The position numbers and the translations under genes are program-made. From positions 23,317 to 87,316 of IMG/VR virus record IMGVR_UViG_3300020047_004811: 64,000 nucleotides of DNA. The stretch is one strand, 5' to 3'. Origin of the DNA: a virus. Taxonomy: Duplodnaviria > Caudoviricetes. Shown here in pieces: positions 1 to 8,856 of the stretch. The notes beneath the pieces were generated by a model, which saw only the letters and a list, made by a program, of their open reading frames with translations, had not been told where the DNA came from and made no database searches. Each line of letters opens with the position of its first letter. Positions within the stretch are counted from its first letter, which is position 1.

Positions 1-21
1 TCCCAACAGATCAGTCGATAA

Positions 22-219
22 ATGAAGAAGGTAGGCGTATATATATTGGGACTTGTGTTAGGTGCCACTCTCTCGACCCACGTAAACAAGGATCAATTGG
101 TCCAGACTTATTTAGCACGCCGAGAGACGTTTTTAGAACGAAAGTGCCGAAGGGAGTTTATCCACTCGGGTATCGGGCAAAAAGAAATACGAAAATTATG
201 CCGAAGTTTTCTGACCTAG
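22..219 (+). CDS. hypothetical protein
   Basis: 65 aa ORF with hydrophobic N-terminus, same orientation as the early cluster. Confidence 0.45.
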   Translation: MKKVGVYILGLVLGATLSTHVNKDQLVQTYLARRETFLERKCRREFIHSGIGQKEIRKLCRSFLT

Positions 220-265
220 AAAGAAAAGTAGATTGGATATATCAATACATCCAAACCTTTAAAAA

Positions 266-274
266 TTAACAACT
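266..274 (+). promoter_or_regulatory. TTAACAACT motif (putative late promoter) upstream of HNH gene
   Basis: Exact 9-mer ending 6 nt before ATG 281; recurs genome-wide in sense orientation. Confidence 0.65.
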
Positions 275-280
275 TATAGT

Positions 281-922
281 ATGAAGATTTGTAAAAATGG
301 TCACGAAAGAGAAGATGGTATTCGTTGTTTAGTGTGTCATAGAGAAGCAGCAAACCGACGGTACCATTTGAAGAAAGAAGAAGTGGCGGAATATTCAAAA
401 GTATATAGAGTTAAAAATAAAGAATACCTTTGTTCATATAAGAAAGAATGGAGAAGATCAAACAAAAAACATCTTGATAATTATCAAAAATTAAATAAGG
501 AAAAAAGAAGAGAAACTCAACGTCTTTATGAAAAGAAAAATAAAGAGTCTATTAAGAAAAAGAAACGAATTTATGTTAAAGAAAAACATAAAACCGATCC
601 TGTTTTTAAATTAAGAAGAAATCTAAGAACAAGACTTGGTGGGATTTTAAAAAATAAAAGAAAAGTTGGATCGGCGGTTAAGGACTTGGGCTGCACAGGA
701 GAAGAACTAAAACTATATCTAGAAACTTTATTTGAACCGGGGATGTCTTGGAAAAACTACGGAAACAAAGAGGGACAATGGTCTATAGATCATATAATTC
801 CCTTAAGTAAAGTAGACCTAACCAACCGAGAAGAATTTCTAAAAGTTTGCCACTATACAAATCTTCAACCAATGTGGCACATAGATAATATAAAGAAAAG
901 CAATAAATACGAAGAAACTTGA
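281..922 (+). CDS. HNH homing endonuclease
   Basis: C-terminal WSIDHIIPLS...CHYTNLQPMWHIDNIKKSN HNH motif; Lys/Arg-rich N-terminus; AT-rich. Confidence 0.85.
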   Translation: MKICKNGHEREDGIRCLVCHREAANRRYHLKKEEVAEYSKVYRVKNKEYLCSYKKEWRRSNKKHLDNYQKLNKEKRRETQRLYEKKNKESIKKKKRIYVKEKHKTDPVFKLRRNLRTRLGGILKNKRKVGSAVKDLGCTGEELKLYLETLFEPGMSWKNYGNKEGQWSIDHIIPLSKVDLTNREEFLKVCHYTNLQPMWHIDNIKKSNKYEET

Positions 923-948
923 CAAACACTGTGGACTTCATATATAAC
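919..948 (+). promoter_or_regulatory. sigma70-type early promoter
   Basis: TTGACA (919-924), 18 nt spacer, TATAAC (943-948) at the start of an intergenic gap. Confidence 0.7.
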
Positions 949-974
949 TATATACAGAGTACAAAAAAGTAAAG

Positions 975-1085
975 TGGGACTCGGGGGTTCGATTCCCTAA
1001 GCGCTAAGATGGTTCAGAGAACTAATTGAAAGCTGAGTAAGTCGGGAGTAGGAGCAAGTAATTACTGTAATCCCTCCCGGTTCAG
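975..1085 (+). ncRNA. candidate structured leader/ncRNA (T-arm-like hairpin plus motif copy A)
   Basis: GGGG-TTCGATT-CCCT hairpin; stem CGGGAG(1043-48)/CTCCCG(1074-79); blocks shared with 18828-18891. Confidence 0.45.
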
Positions 1086-1096
1086 TGAAAGGATAT

Positions 1097-1468
1097 ATGA
1101 CAAGAATAAACGTCGTTAGAGTTGAGGAACTTAGCCGAGAGCATCTGATTGCTGAGTATCGTGAAATCATGCGCTTGCCCGGTAATCTTAAGGCTTGGCT
1201 CAACCGTAAATCAAAACCACCTAGCTTCGATGAGATTCCAACAGAGTACAAACTAGGCACTGGACATGTTAAGTTCTTCTTCAATAAGTTTTTGTTTCTA
1301 CAAATACGTTTTGAGAATCTTGTGGATGAAATGCTAAGTCGTGGATATAACCCAAGATTTACAGACTCCACTATCTTTGTGGTTGACAAACTCTACTACA
1401 ACGACTATACTCCTACTGAGACTGCGATTGAAATCAACCGAGCAAGAATTAAGGAAAGTACTAAATGA
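1097..1468 (+). CDS. denV: pyrimidine-dimer DNA glycosylase (T4 endonuclease V)
   Basis: MTRINV...HLIAEYRE...LGTGHVKFF matches T4 DenV; ATG 1097 puts the catalytic Thr at position 2. Confidence 0.95.
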   Translation: MTRINVVRVEELSREHLIAEYREIMRLPGNLKAWLNRKSKPPSFDEIPTEYKLGTGHVKFFFNKFLFLQIRFENLVDEMLSRGYNPRFTDSTIFVVDKLYYNDYTPTETAIEINRARIKESTK

Positions 1469-1704
1469 ATTTATATCTTTTAACTCAAAATGTAAATAAT
1501 AATTATGATACATATGATTCTTGTGTTGTAGCAGCTCCTTCTGAAGATGAAGCTAGACTAATTAATCCTAATTATGGTGGATTTAAACCTGATACATACT
1601 CAACGTGGGCATACCACCCAGAACAAGTTAAAGTTCAACATATTGGAATTGCTAATTCTGGTACTGTAGCCGGGATAATTCTTTCAAGTTTTAATGCGGG
1701 GTAA
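1465..1704 (+). CDS. conserved phage hypothetical protein
   Basis: ATGA overlap with denV; YDTYDSCVVAAPSEDEAR pattern typical of small phage proteins. Confidence 0.7.
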   Translation: MNLYLLTQNVNNNYDTYDSCVVAAPSEDEARLINPNYGGFKPDTYSTWAYHPEQVKVQHIGIANSGTVAGIILSSFNAG

Positions 1705-1705
1705 A

Positions 1706-2116
1706 ATGAAACTAGCATATTGTCATAATCGAGAACTAGAGATGGTTGTTAAAAAAACAAGTACTTATGATTCAGAACTTCAGTATGGGGATATTGTTAT
1801 CTCACCACGCGGAGGATCAACCGTAGCAATGGAATCAATTCCCTCTTGGCTTCTAGATCAGCTCCAACAAGGTGATACCATTGTTCGTAAGGTTGGGATT
1901 GCCCGATGCTCTACCGATGATAACTATTGCAGAAAGATCGGCCGACAACTCGCTGAGTCTAGGCTCAAACAAGTCATGCTAACAGCGGTTAACATTGTTA
2001 AGATTGGAACTGAGTATACCGTAGTATTCTTCGAGGATGAAGTCGGGAACCTATTCGAGATTAAGAAGTCGGGTGACCCTTATTGTGCGAGACTTATCAG
2101 GATGTTAGATGATTAA
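1706..2116 (+). CDS. hypothetical protein
   Basis: Packed ORF with a GIARCSTDDNYCRKIGRQLAESRL motif; ATG 1706 preferred. Confidence 0.7.
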   Translation: MKLAYCHNRELEMVVKKTSTYDSELQYGDIVISPRGGSTVAMESIPSWLLDQLQQGDTIVRKVGIARCSTDDNYCRKIGRQLAESRLKQVMLTAVNIVKIGTEYTVVFFEDEVGNLFEIKKSGDPYCARLIRMLDD

Positions 2117-2306
2117 TGAAATAGCGTTTAGATTATTTCAATTGCTTATAATTAGTTGCATTCTAATAGTAATTTTGGGAATACCATATATGATATATTC
2201 AGAAACTAATTTTAGAAATAGTTGTACAAAGCAAAACGGGTCCTATAAATCAGGAAGACCAAGTCTCTGTATTTCTAAAGATGGTAGAATATTAGGAACA
2301 TTATGA
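2109..2306 (+). CDS. small membrane protein
   Basis: One N-terminal hydrophobic helix; overlaps both neighbours. Confidence 0.6.
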   Translation: MINEIAFRLFQLLIISCILIVILGIPYMIYSETNFRNSCTKQNGSYKSGRPSLCISKDGRILGTL

Positions 2307-3064
2307 ATAGATACATTGATAAACTAGGACGTTGGCATGTTAAACCTGTCTCCGAATCTAACCCCTTCCCAACAAACAATGCCTACATCTATAGCTTCTA
2401 CGCTAGGATGGTTGGACTCCCAGTTCAGTTCTCGGAAGAAGTAACAGCAGACCTAGTAAATCTAGACCTAAAGCCTATCTCTAGGCACCCGGGAATCAAG
2501 CCCCCGACTACCCCACCGATTTCACATGACGAGTATGTAGGACTTGCTGGGCTAGATATAATGGCTGCTCAAGACATTACATTCTTCGGAGAGAGCAATT
2601 ATTGGCAGATTTGTGACGTGATCGTGGACGGTAAGGCATACGTACCTACCCCATGGAGAAAGCTTGTTATAGACGATGTTATGGCTGCATATGAGGAGTT
2701 GGCTAATGACCCTGAACCTAACCCTAGAAAAGCTAGTGTTAAATATCCAGTATTATATCCATTCGCTTTCTGGCATAGACCTGAGCAGCAATACTTCTAT
2801 TATAGATGTGCTGATAGGCCACCGGGCGCTTTTAGGACTCTGTATTTTATCATCGCTACAATTGTTTCTATCAAGAAAAATGATCCGAGAAATGTTATGC
2901 TTGGATTCAAATTCCTGAAGTTGGAACAACTGAAACTTAACTTCATCGAGAAAGCTCTTTACAAACTATACGAGAAGAAAGTAAACTTCAAACAGAACTG
3001 TAGGAATTATTTCCCAGAAGACCACCCAATATTAGAGAGAGTATTAAATGAATACAGAAACTAA
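2303..3064 (+). CDS. hypothetical protein
   Basis: 253 aa ORF with ATGA overlap. Confidence 0.75.
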   Translation: MNRYIDKLGRWHVKPVSESNPFPTNNAYIYSFYARMVGLPVQFSEEVTADLVNLDLKPISRHPGIKPPTTPPISHDEYVGLAGLDIMAAQDITFFGESNYWQICDVIVDGKAYVPTPWRKLVIDDVMAAYEELANDPEPNPRKASVKYPVLYPFAFWHRPEQQYFYYRCADRPPGAFRTLYFIIATIVSIKKNDPRNVMLGFKFLKLEQLKLNFIEKALYKLYEKKVNFKQNCRNYFPEDHPILERVLNEYRN

Positions 3065-3329
3065 ACTAATTAAAGCCGAGAACTCAGCTCTCATAGATGG
3101 ATTTCTATCTATTCCTTGTTCATGTCTAGATAATCACACAGAACACATAAAAGCACATAGCGAGCTTCTAAAAGATCGGAACATGTTTGGGCTTAAACCC
3201 CCGACTATAGTAGAACGTATTCTATATTTCTTTAAATTAAAAGAAAAACCAGAGTTAACTCAATATCAAGTAGATGCAGTTTTAAATCATATTCAAGAAC
3301 ATATAGAGTTACTCAAGAGTAATCAATGA
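3048..3329 (+). CDS. hypothetical protein
   Basis: Packed ORF with a GAGAG SD-like element. Confidence 0.65.
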   Translation: MNTETKLIKAENSALIDGFLSIPCSCLDNHTEHIKAHSELLKDRNMFGLKPPTIVERILYFFKLKEKPELTQYQVDAVLNHIQEHIELLKSNQ

Positions 3330-3700
3330 AATTAATTATAGCTGGGTCTAGAACTATAACAATGTCAAATGACTTTATTCATTCAATAGTCGAACATATT
3401 TGTTATAAGTTCTCAGAGTTGGAGATTATTTCAGGAACTGCTAAAGGAATCGACACTGTTGCAATTGAATATGCTGAGGAGTTCGGTTGGGCATTAAAGA
3501 AGTTCCCTGCCGATTGGGATAAATTCGGTAAGGCTGCTGGGCATATCCGAAATAAGCAGATGGCAGAAGAAGGTGACGCTCTACTCCTGATATGGACAGG
3601 AGATAAAGAAACTAGCCCCGGTTCATATAGTATGAAACAGGCAATGTTATTTAAGAAAAAACCAGTATATGAAGTAATACTAAAGAAGCACAATGTATGA
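3326..3700 (+). CDS. SLOG-superfamily protein (DUF2493/YspA-like)
   Basis: KLIIAGSR, ISGTAKGID, WDKFGKAAGHIRNKQMA, DALL motifs. Confidence 0.85.
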   Translation: MKLIIAGSRTITMSNDFIHSIVEHICYKFSELEIISGTAKGIDTVAIEYAEEFGWALKKFPADWDKFGKAAGHIRNKQMAEEGDALLLIWTGDKETSPGSYSMKQAMLFKKKPVYEVILKKHNV

Positions 3701-3987
3701 AGATGCCATTTGGAAAACATAAAGGATTAGAGCTAGAAGAATTAGCTGAAGACTATCCAGATTATGTGGTATGGTTGGCTGAAAAATGCGATCTACATGG
3801 AGACTTGTTTTATTTCATTGGGGAACATTACGAAGCTTGTAAAATTAAAGCTCGTAATAATAGAAGAAGAAATTACCTATGGTCATATGAAGATATTGCA
3901 AATATGGAAGCTGAGTGGGGAGCAGATTATGGAGATTACGGTTATGATGACGGAATACCAATGTGCATTCCAAACTTCGATTACTAA
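3697..3987 (+). CDS. MPFGKHKG-motif protein (DUF3820-like)
   Basis: N-terminal MPFGKHKG...DYVVWL. Confidence 0.65.
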   Translation: MKMPFGKHKGLELEELAEDYPDYVVWLAEKCDLHGDLFYFIGEHYEACKIKARNNRRRNYLWSYEDIANMEAEWGADYGDYGYDDGIPMCIPNFDY

Positions 3988-4160
3988 TGAACGATCGTAA
4001 CGGAAAATGGTCAACCTCTACCTGTCTAGTATGTGGATTCCTAGGATTCTCCGTAGGTTTCCTAGCCTGTCATAAACTATACAAGGGCATGGAAGAAAAA
4101 GACTTGACAAGCCCGCCGACTCAGATATATACTTCGTTCGTGAGGAAATTATGGAACTAA
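3987..4160 (+). CDS. small membrane protein
   Basis: TAATG overlap; one hydrophobic segment. Confidence 0.5.
   Translation: MNDRNGKWSTSTCLVCGFLGFSVGFLACHKLYKGMEEKDLTSPPTQIYTSFVRKLWN
4104..4133 (+). promoter_or_regulatory. sigma70-type early promoter
   Basis: TTGACA (4104-4109), 18 nt spacer, TATACT (4128-4133). Confidence 0.65.
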
Positions 4161-4330
4161 TTCATGCTATTGCGTTACTCTGTCAATTGAATAATGGGGA
4201 TGCCTTTATGTCCACAACTAGGATACTTCAGCTAGAGTGCCATCAATATTATGTCCATTGCGTTGCAGTAAATCGAACCAAGATTCATACTCTAGACGCA
4301 CTAGAAAAGTGTATATTGGAGAAGAAGTGA
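4151..4330 (+). CDS. hypothetical protein (59 aa, absent from ORF track)
   Basis: GAGG SD, ATG 4151, ends in a GTGA overlap with the deaminase start. Confidence 0.6.
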   Translation: MELIHAIALLCQLNNGDAFMSTTRILQLECHQYYVHCVAVNRTKIHTLDALEKCILEKK

Positions 4331-4770
4331 CCTTAGATGAGTTAGATGTTCTATTTACTAAACTAGAGGAACATAAACAATATTCTTCGGATTCTGAGAC
4401 TATGGTGGCCGCTGCGCTATATCCTCCTACCGACTTTCAGTATATTAGAAAGGCTAACACGTTTGTACTTGGAGCCTCTGGACTACCAAGTGTTCGTCCA
4501 GATAAATACGAGTATATAATCCATGCTGAACAAAACGTAGTAATAACTGCGGCAAAATACGGACATAAGACAAATGGGAAAATAATGCTTTGCACACTTT
4601 CTCCATGCCAAGCTTGTATCCGAACTATGTTTCAAGCTGGGATTAAGGAAGTTTACTACAAAGAAATATACAGAAATCATAATATATCAATGTTAGATAT
4701 AGAAGTTACAGAAACAAAGATTGGGCCGTATACGAAAATGGTCTTGAGTAATTATGAGTCACAAACATAG
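4327..4770 (+). CDS. dCMP deaminase-like zinc deaminase
   Basis: IHAEQN and SPCQAC Zn motifs; GTG 4327 with GGAG SD is likelier than the track start 4237. Confidence 0.85.
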   Translation: MTLDELDVLFTKLEEHKQYSSDSETMVAAALYPPTDFQYIRKANTFVLGASGLPSVRPDKYEYIIHAEQNVVITAAKYGHKTNGKIMLCTLSPCQACIRTMFQAGIKEVYYKEIYRNHNISMLDIEVTETKIGPYTKMVLSNYESQT

Positions 4771-5422
4771 AAAATCTATTCACTTTACATCTGACTGGCA
4801 CATTGGGCATTTCAACTCTATCAAGTTTGATGATCGTCCTTTCAAGGACCTAGATCATATGCACAGAGTTCTTGTGAATAACTACAACGCTCAAGTCCCA
4901 GAAGACGGGCTATGTTATTTCCTTGGAGATATAGGTCTAAGTAGTAGCGAGACGCTAAAGAAAGTTTTAGCCGAGCTTAATGGGACCAAGGTTCTAGTAT
5001 TAGGGAATCACGATAAGAAGTTCAATGCTATGTATGAAATCGGGTTTGATGTTGTACTTCACGGTGCAACTATCTATATCGCAGGTGAACGTGTAACTAT
5101 GACTCACTGTCCTCTGCGTGGTGTATTCCGAGAGAATACTGAACATATGCGAAGTGCCTATTCAGACCGAGATAAAGCGGAAGGTATTCCTAAGTATGAG
5201 AACTGGCACGGAGAACACAAGCACGGACCATACTCATGTACTGACGAAGGACAGTTCCATTTACATGGACACATCCATTCAGGTCCAGCTAATGATAAGC
5301 TTCGAGTAGACGGTCGACAGTTAGATGTGGGTGCTCCGGCAAATAAGTATCGTCCTGTATCAATATCAGAAGTTGAATCTTGGATAGCTAAAACTAAATT
5401 AGGCTTGACAACCCATGACTAA
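4754..5422 (+). CDS. calcineurin-like metallophosphoesterase
   Basis: SDWHIGH, LGD, LGNHD, THCP, LHGHIH motifs. Confidence 0.9.
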   Translation: MSHKHRKSIHFTSDWHIGHFNSIKFDDRPFKDLDHMHRVLVNNYNAQVPEDGLCYFLGDIGLSSSETLKKVLAELNGTKVLVLGNHDKKFNAMYEIGFDVVLHGATIYIAGERVTMTHCPLRGVFRENTEHMRSAYSDRDKAEGIPKYENWHGEHKHGPYSCTDEGQFHLHGHIHSGPANDKLRVDGRQLDVGAPANKYRPVSISEVESWIAKTKLGLTTHD

Positions 5423-5526
5423 ATCATTTAAGATCAAACTAGGAAAGGTAAAGACAAGGAAACCTGTCCATAAGAAGCCTAACACAATAATGAAGTCTAA
5501 AAAAGACTATAAGAGGAAGCCAAAAC

Positions 5527-5793
5527 ATGGCAGTATACGGTGCCCAATTTCAGAAGAATAAGAAAACAATAGCCGCGCTTAATTTTCAAAAGTATGGCAA
5601 CTTTACCTGTGAGATTTGTAAGAAGTCCCCACTCCTCCCCGGCGAAGGAAATCGCTCAGATAGAAATAAAGAAGCCTCTGGAACACTTCTAACTGTGGAT
5701 CATATCCAACCCCTAGGGAAGGGGGGGAAGAATGGATTGTATAATCTACAAGTTTGTTGTAATAAATGCAATAGAGCTAAGGGATGTAAGTGA
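5527..5793 (+). CDS. small HNH nuclease
   Basis: CEIC...LTVDHIQPLGKGG...NLQVCCNKCNRAKG. Confidence 0.85.
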   Translation: MAVYGAQFQKNKKTIAALNFQKYGNFTCEICKKSPLLPGEGNRSDRNKEASGTLLTVDHIQPLGKGGKNGLYNLQVCCNKCNRAKGCK

Positions 5794-6065
5794 AATTATA
5801 CGGAGTATTTGAAGTTTATGACCCGGGAGCTGGGGAGTATAGCGAGCAATTAATTTCATTGCATTATAATAAAAAGAATGCAGAAGACAAAGCAACTGAA
5901 TTCTTAATTATAGAAGAAGAAAACCATTTAGCGAGCTGTAACCGTTTAGAGAAGGCAGGTTATAAAAGACCTGATTATCCTAATTATTTTGAATTCTACG
6001 GAGATGGCGGAGGAAAGTGGGGATCACATTCGTGGAAAGTAAGGGAACTTGAAATTGATGAGTAA
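5790..6065 (+). CDS. hypothetical protein
   Basis: GTGA overlap, packed ORF. Confidence 0.6.
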   Translation: MKLYGVFEVYDPGAGEYSEQLISLHYNKKNAEDKATEFLIIEEENHLASCNRLEKAGYKRPDYPNYFEFYGDGGGKWGSHSWKVRELEIDE

Positions 6066-6393
6066 AAATCTACTTCTTATATTTATAATGTTATTACCAT
6101 TAAAAGGATATACTGTGACATTTGAAGAAATCACCGCCGCAGATAAAGCTGTTATTCGATTTACCGCAACATGGTGCGGACCATGCAAGTCTTTCGCTCC
6201 AATCTTCGATGAAGTCGCGGCAGAGCATCCAGAGGTTAAGACCTTTGTTGTAGATGCTGACGAGAATCCAGAGATTCTCCAGAGATTTGGAGTGAGGGGA
6301 ATACCTACGGTATTTAGAATTGAATCTGGTTCTGTGAAATTACAGCGATCCGGAGTGCTCCCGAAGCCCGAGCTTGAAAAATTCTTTGAATGA
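6049..6393 (+). CDS. thioredoxin
   Basis: FTATWCGPCK active site and VRGIPT cis-Pro motif. Confidence 0.95.
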   Translation: MKLMSKNLLLIFIMLLPLKGYTVTFEEITAADKAVIRFTATWCGPCKSFAPIFDEVAAEHPEVKTFVVDADENPEILQRFGVRGIPTVFRIESGSVKLQRSGVLPKPELEKFFE

Positions 6394-6575
6394 AATACCA
6401 CGCAACACCTAACTCATTCTATATTACAATCGACAAGATTCGATATAGTACTAACTTGTATATGAAATGCAATATATCGTATTACTATAAATGTAACAAT
6501 ATGTTGTTCCACAAAGAGAGAAGCGTAAAGATATATAAAGAAAAGGCTAGACATTGGGAGAACTGGAATGAGTAA
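6390..6575 (+). CDS. hypothetical protein
   Basis: Packed ORF overlapping both neighbours. Confidence 0.5.
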   Translation: MKYHATPNSFYITIDKIRYSTNLYMKCNISYYYKCNNMLFHKERSVKIYKEKARHWENWNE

Positions 6576-7641
6576 TCCAATAGTTCTTTCACATTCGGCT
6601 CGTGGCAAGTATGACTTATGTCCAAAGTTATATCAGCTCCATTATATAGAAAAGATTAGACCGCCGGATAATAACTCGACTCTTAGATTTGGTGGGTCGA
6701 TTGATAAGGCCGCAGAGATATATCTAAAAACTAAAGACAGAGAAGCTTGTAAACTAGCATTTGAAGAAGAATGGGGAAAATATAGCGATGATCCAACGAT
6801 TGAGTTTGCTAAGCATGATTTTGATATTGAGCTTGTCCAACAATTCCATTACGAACCTATTATCGAAACTACATCATTTAAGAACCTATCCGATTTTATC
6901 TCGGTCTACAAAGATCAAGAAGTCATAAAGAACGATGTAGAAAAAGTAGCTTGGGCTAAGCTAAACTGGCTCTCCCTTCAAACTAAGGGTAGACTCATGA
7001 TATCTGCCCTGATGGATTGGGTGGATGAAAACGTAGAGGAAGTTTTAGATACTCAAGGAAAGATCGAACTAGAAGATGGGGATGGGAATAAGGTCACGGG
7101 ACTTGCAGACTTTGTAATTAAAATATACGGATACGATAAACCTATTCTAGTAGACTTGAAAACCTCGATCATATATTATCAACGAGGCTCGGTTAAAGAA
7201 TCTGAGCAGCTCGCGCTCTATTATTTCTATCTAAAACAAACCAAGTTCCCAGATATGGAACGAGCGGCATTCCTAGTGCTGAGCAAACAGATCAAGAAGA
7301 ATCGTACTAAGACTTGTTTGAAGTGTGGACATGTAACGACCGGGAGAGAACAAACTTGTGCTGAGGGTGGCAAAGGAAAAAGTAGATGTGGTGGTGAGTT
7401 TTCTATTGACATCTATCCAGAGGCTGTGTTACAGTACATCCACGATGAGATTCCAGAGGAATTCATCCAGTCTACGATTGAGAAATTTAATATATCAGTT
7501 GCAGCAATCCACGCTGGGAAATTTGAACCATGTTGGACTAGTTGTGATAATATGTATGGTCGTAGATGTCCATACTACGACTATTGTAGGACAGGATCGA
7601 TGGTCGGGTTGATTAAGAAGGAGAAAAAAGAAGATGTTTAA
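6568..7641 (+). CDS. PD-(D/E)XK nuclease (RecB/Cas4-like exonuclease)
   Basis: LSHS..KYDLCP, GLADF, LVDLKTS, QLALY and C-terminal Cys cluster (C...CPYYDYC). Confidence 0.85.
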   Translation: MSNPIVLSHSARGKYDLCPKLYQLHYIEKIRPPDNNSTLRFGGSIDKAAEIYLKTKDREACKLAFEEEWGKYSDDPTIEFAKHDFDIELVQQFHYEPIIETTSFKNLSDFISVYKDQEVIKNDVEKVAWAKLNWLSLQTKGRLMISALMDWVDENVEEVLDTQGKIELEDGDGNKVTGLADFVIKIYGYDKPILVDLKTSIIYYQRGSVKESEQLALYYFYLKQTKFPDMERAAFLVLSKQIKKNRTKTCLKCGHVTTGREQTCAEGGKGKSRCGGEFSIDIYPEAVLQYIHDEIPEEFIQSTIEKFNISVAAIHAGKFEPCWTSCDNMYGRRCPYYDYCRTGSMVGLIKKEKKEDV

Positions 7642-7864
7642 AAAACTTAAAGCAACAACTGTTAATAGTTTCATTGGTAAATCATTTTTCTACGCTGACA
7701 ATCAAACAGGCATTGGCTGGACAAGTAAAATAGATTCTATTTCTAGTAATCCACTATCAGATTCATATACCCTAGAATTGTCATGTGGAACTTTAGTAAA
7801 AATGAATAGACTTGATTTATATAAATGTAAAGAATTATCAGAATTAACAAACTTGGAGAAATAA
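7634..7864 (+). CDS. hypothetical protein
   Basis: Packed ORF. Confidence 0.55.
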   Translation: MFKKLKATTVNSFIGKSFFYADNQTGIGWTSKIDSISSNPLSDSYTLELSCGTLVKMNRLDLYKCKELSELTNLEK

Positions 7865-8112
7865 TGGCTAAGAAGATTACCCCAGCGACAACCTCAGATG
7901 CTTTCGAGGCTGAGCTTAAAAGCGAGCCTCAAATATTTGATACAGTAACTATTGGCATTGCTAAGACAGCCACAGGATATAGCATCCTAAAGGTTTCCGT
8001 AGACTCTAAAGGTCTGGAAGCCGGGGAAGTAGTAGTTCTAGATACTGCGGAAGGTAAAGCCGAGGCTAATGAAAAGTTTAAGATTAACGTAGTTAAACAG
8101 GGGATTCTATAA
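7864..8112 (+). CDS. hypothetical protein
   Basis: GGAG SD, TAATG overlap. Confidence 0.7.
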   Translation: MAKKITPATTSDAFEAELKSEPQIFDTVTIGIAKTATGYSILKVSVDSKGLEAGEVVVLDTAEGKAEANEKFKINVVKQGIL

Positions 8113-8690
8113 TGAACGGATATATAAGCGTAGATATCGAGACTACCGGAATTGCTGACGAATCTCATATCCTACAGATTTCAGCAGTATATGACGACCT
8201 CAAATCCCCTATCTCCGAGCTTCTAACATTCGATGTTGCAGTTAAGTATGATGTAATGACTCATTGTGAACCCTATGCAATGGGCATGAACGCTAAGCTT
8301 CTAGAAAAGCTTATGAATAAAGACTACGGTTTGAACCCAAGATTTGCTGCGGTTTCTTTTATTAGTTTTCTAAATAAGGTTCATGAAAAAATTGGACACG
8401 AAGACGAAAAAGGCCGCCCGACTAAATTAGTTTTCGCTGGAAAAAACGTAGCTAGTTTCGATATCCCAAAAATTCGTAGATTCCTGCCAAATAATGAACA
8501 GGCTGCGTTCGATAAAATCATTCACTACAAAACTCTGGACGTAGGTAGTTTATATTACGACGTTTTCAAAGATAATGTGTCGCTCTCCAAAATTAATGAG
8601 TTGACAAACAGACCTCCGGTAAGCCATAATGCTTTAGATGATGCATTCGATGTAGTATACGCAGTAAGACATAAGTTGGGAATCAAGTAG
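8112..8690 (+). CDS. DEDDh 3'-5' exonuclease (DnaQ-like)
   Basis: VDIETTG, KNVASFD, HNALDDA motifs. Confidence 0.9.
   Translation: MNGYISVDIETTGIADESHILQISAVYDDLKSPISELLTFDVAVKYDVMTHCEPYAMGMNAKLLEKLMNKDYGLNPRFAAVSFISFLNKVHEKIGHEDEKGRPTKLVFAGKNVASFDIPKIRRFLPNNEQAAFDKIIHYKTLDVGSLYYDVFKDNVSLSKINELTNRPPVSHNALDDAFDVVYAVRHKLGIK
8601..8630 (+). promoter_or_regulatory. possible internal sigma70 promoter for erf
   Basis: TTGACA, 18 nt spacer, CATAAT inside the exonuclease 3' end. Confidence 0.4.
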
Positions 8691-8856
8691 TGAATTCTTG
8701 GGATTTAGAATGCTTGAGTTGTGGTGCGCACTGGATGCAAATTTGCTCCTGCACCAAAGAACAAATAACTGAAGCTGAGAATAAGTTTTTAAGAATGCAG
8801 GAACAGGTTAATGAAATGGAAACAATGACATTAGAAGAATTATTAAGGAGAATTAA

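Noticed and set aside
1026-1045. Hammerhead ribozyme (GAAA and CTGAGTA words)
   Set aside because: The words are adjacent, with no room for stems I and III, and CUGANGA is not matched
6568-7641. CRISPR-associated Cas4
   Set aside because: No CRISPR array or other cas genes; stand-alone Cas4-like nucleases are common in phages
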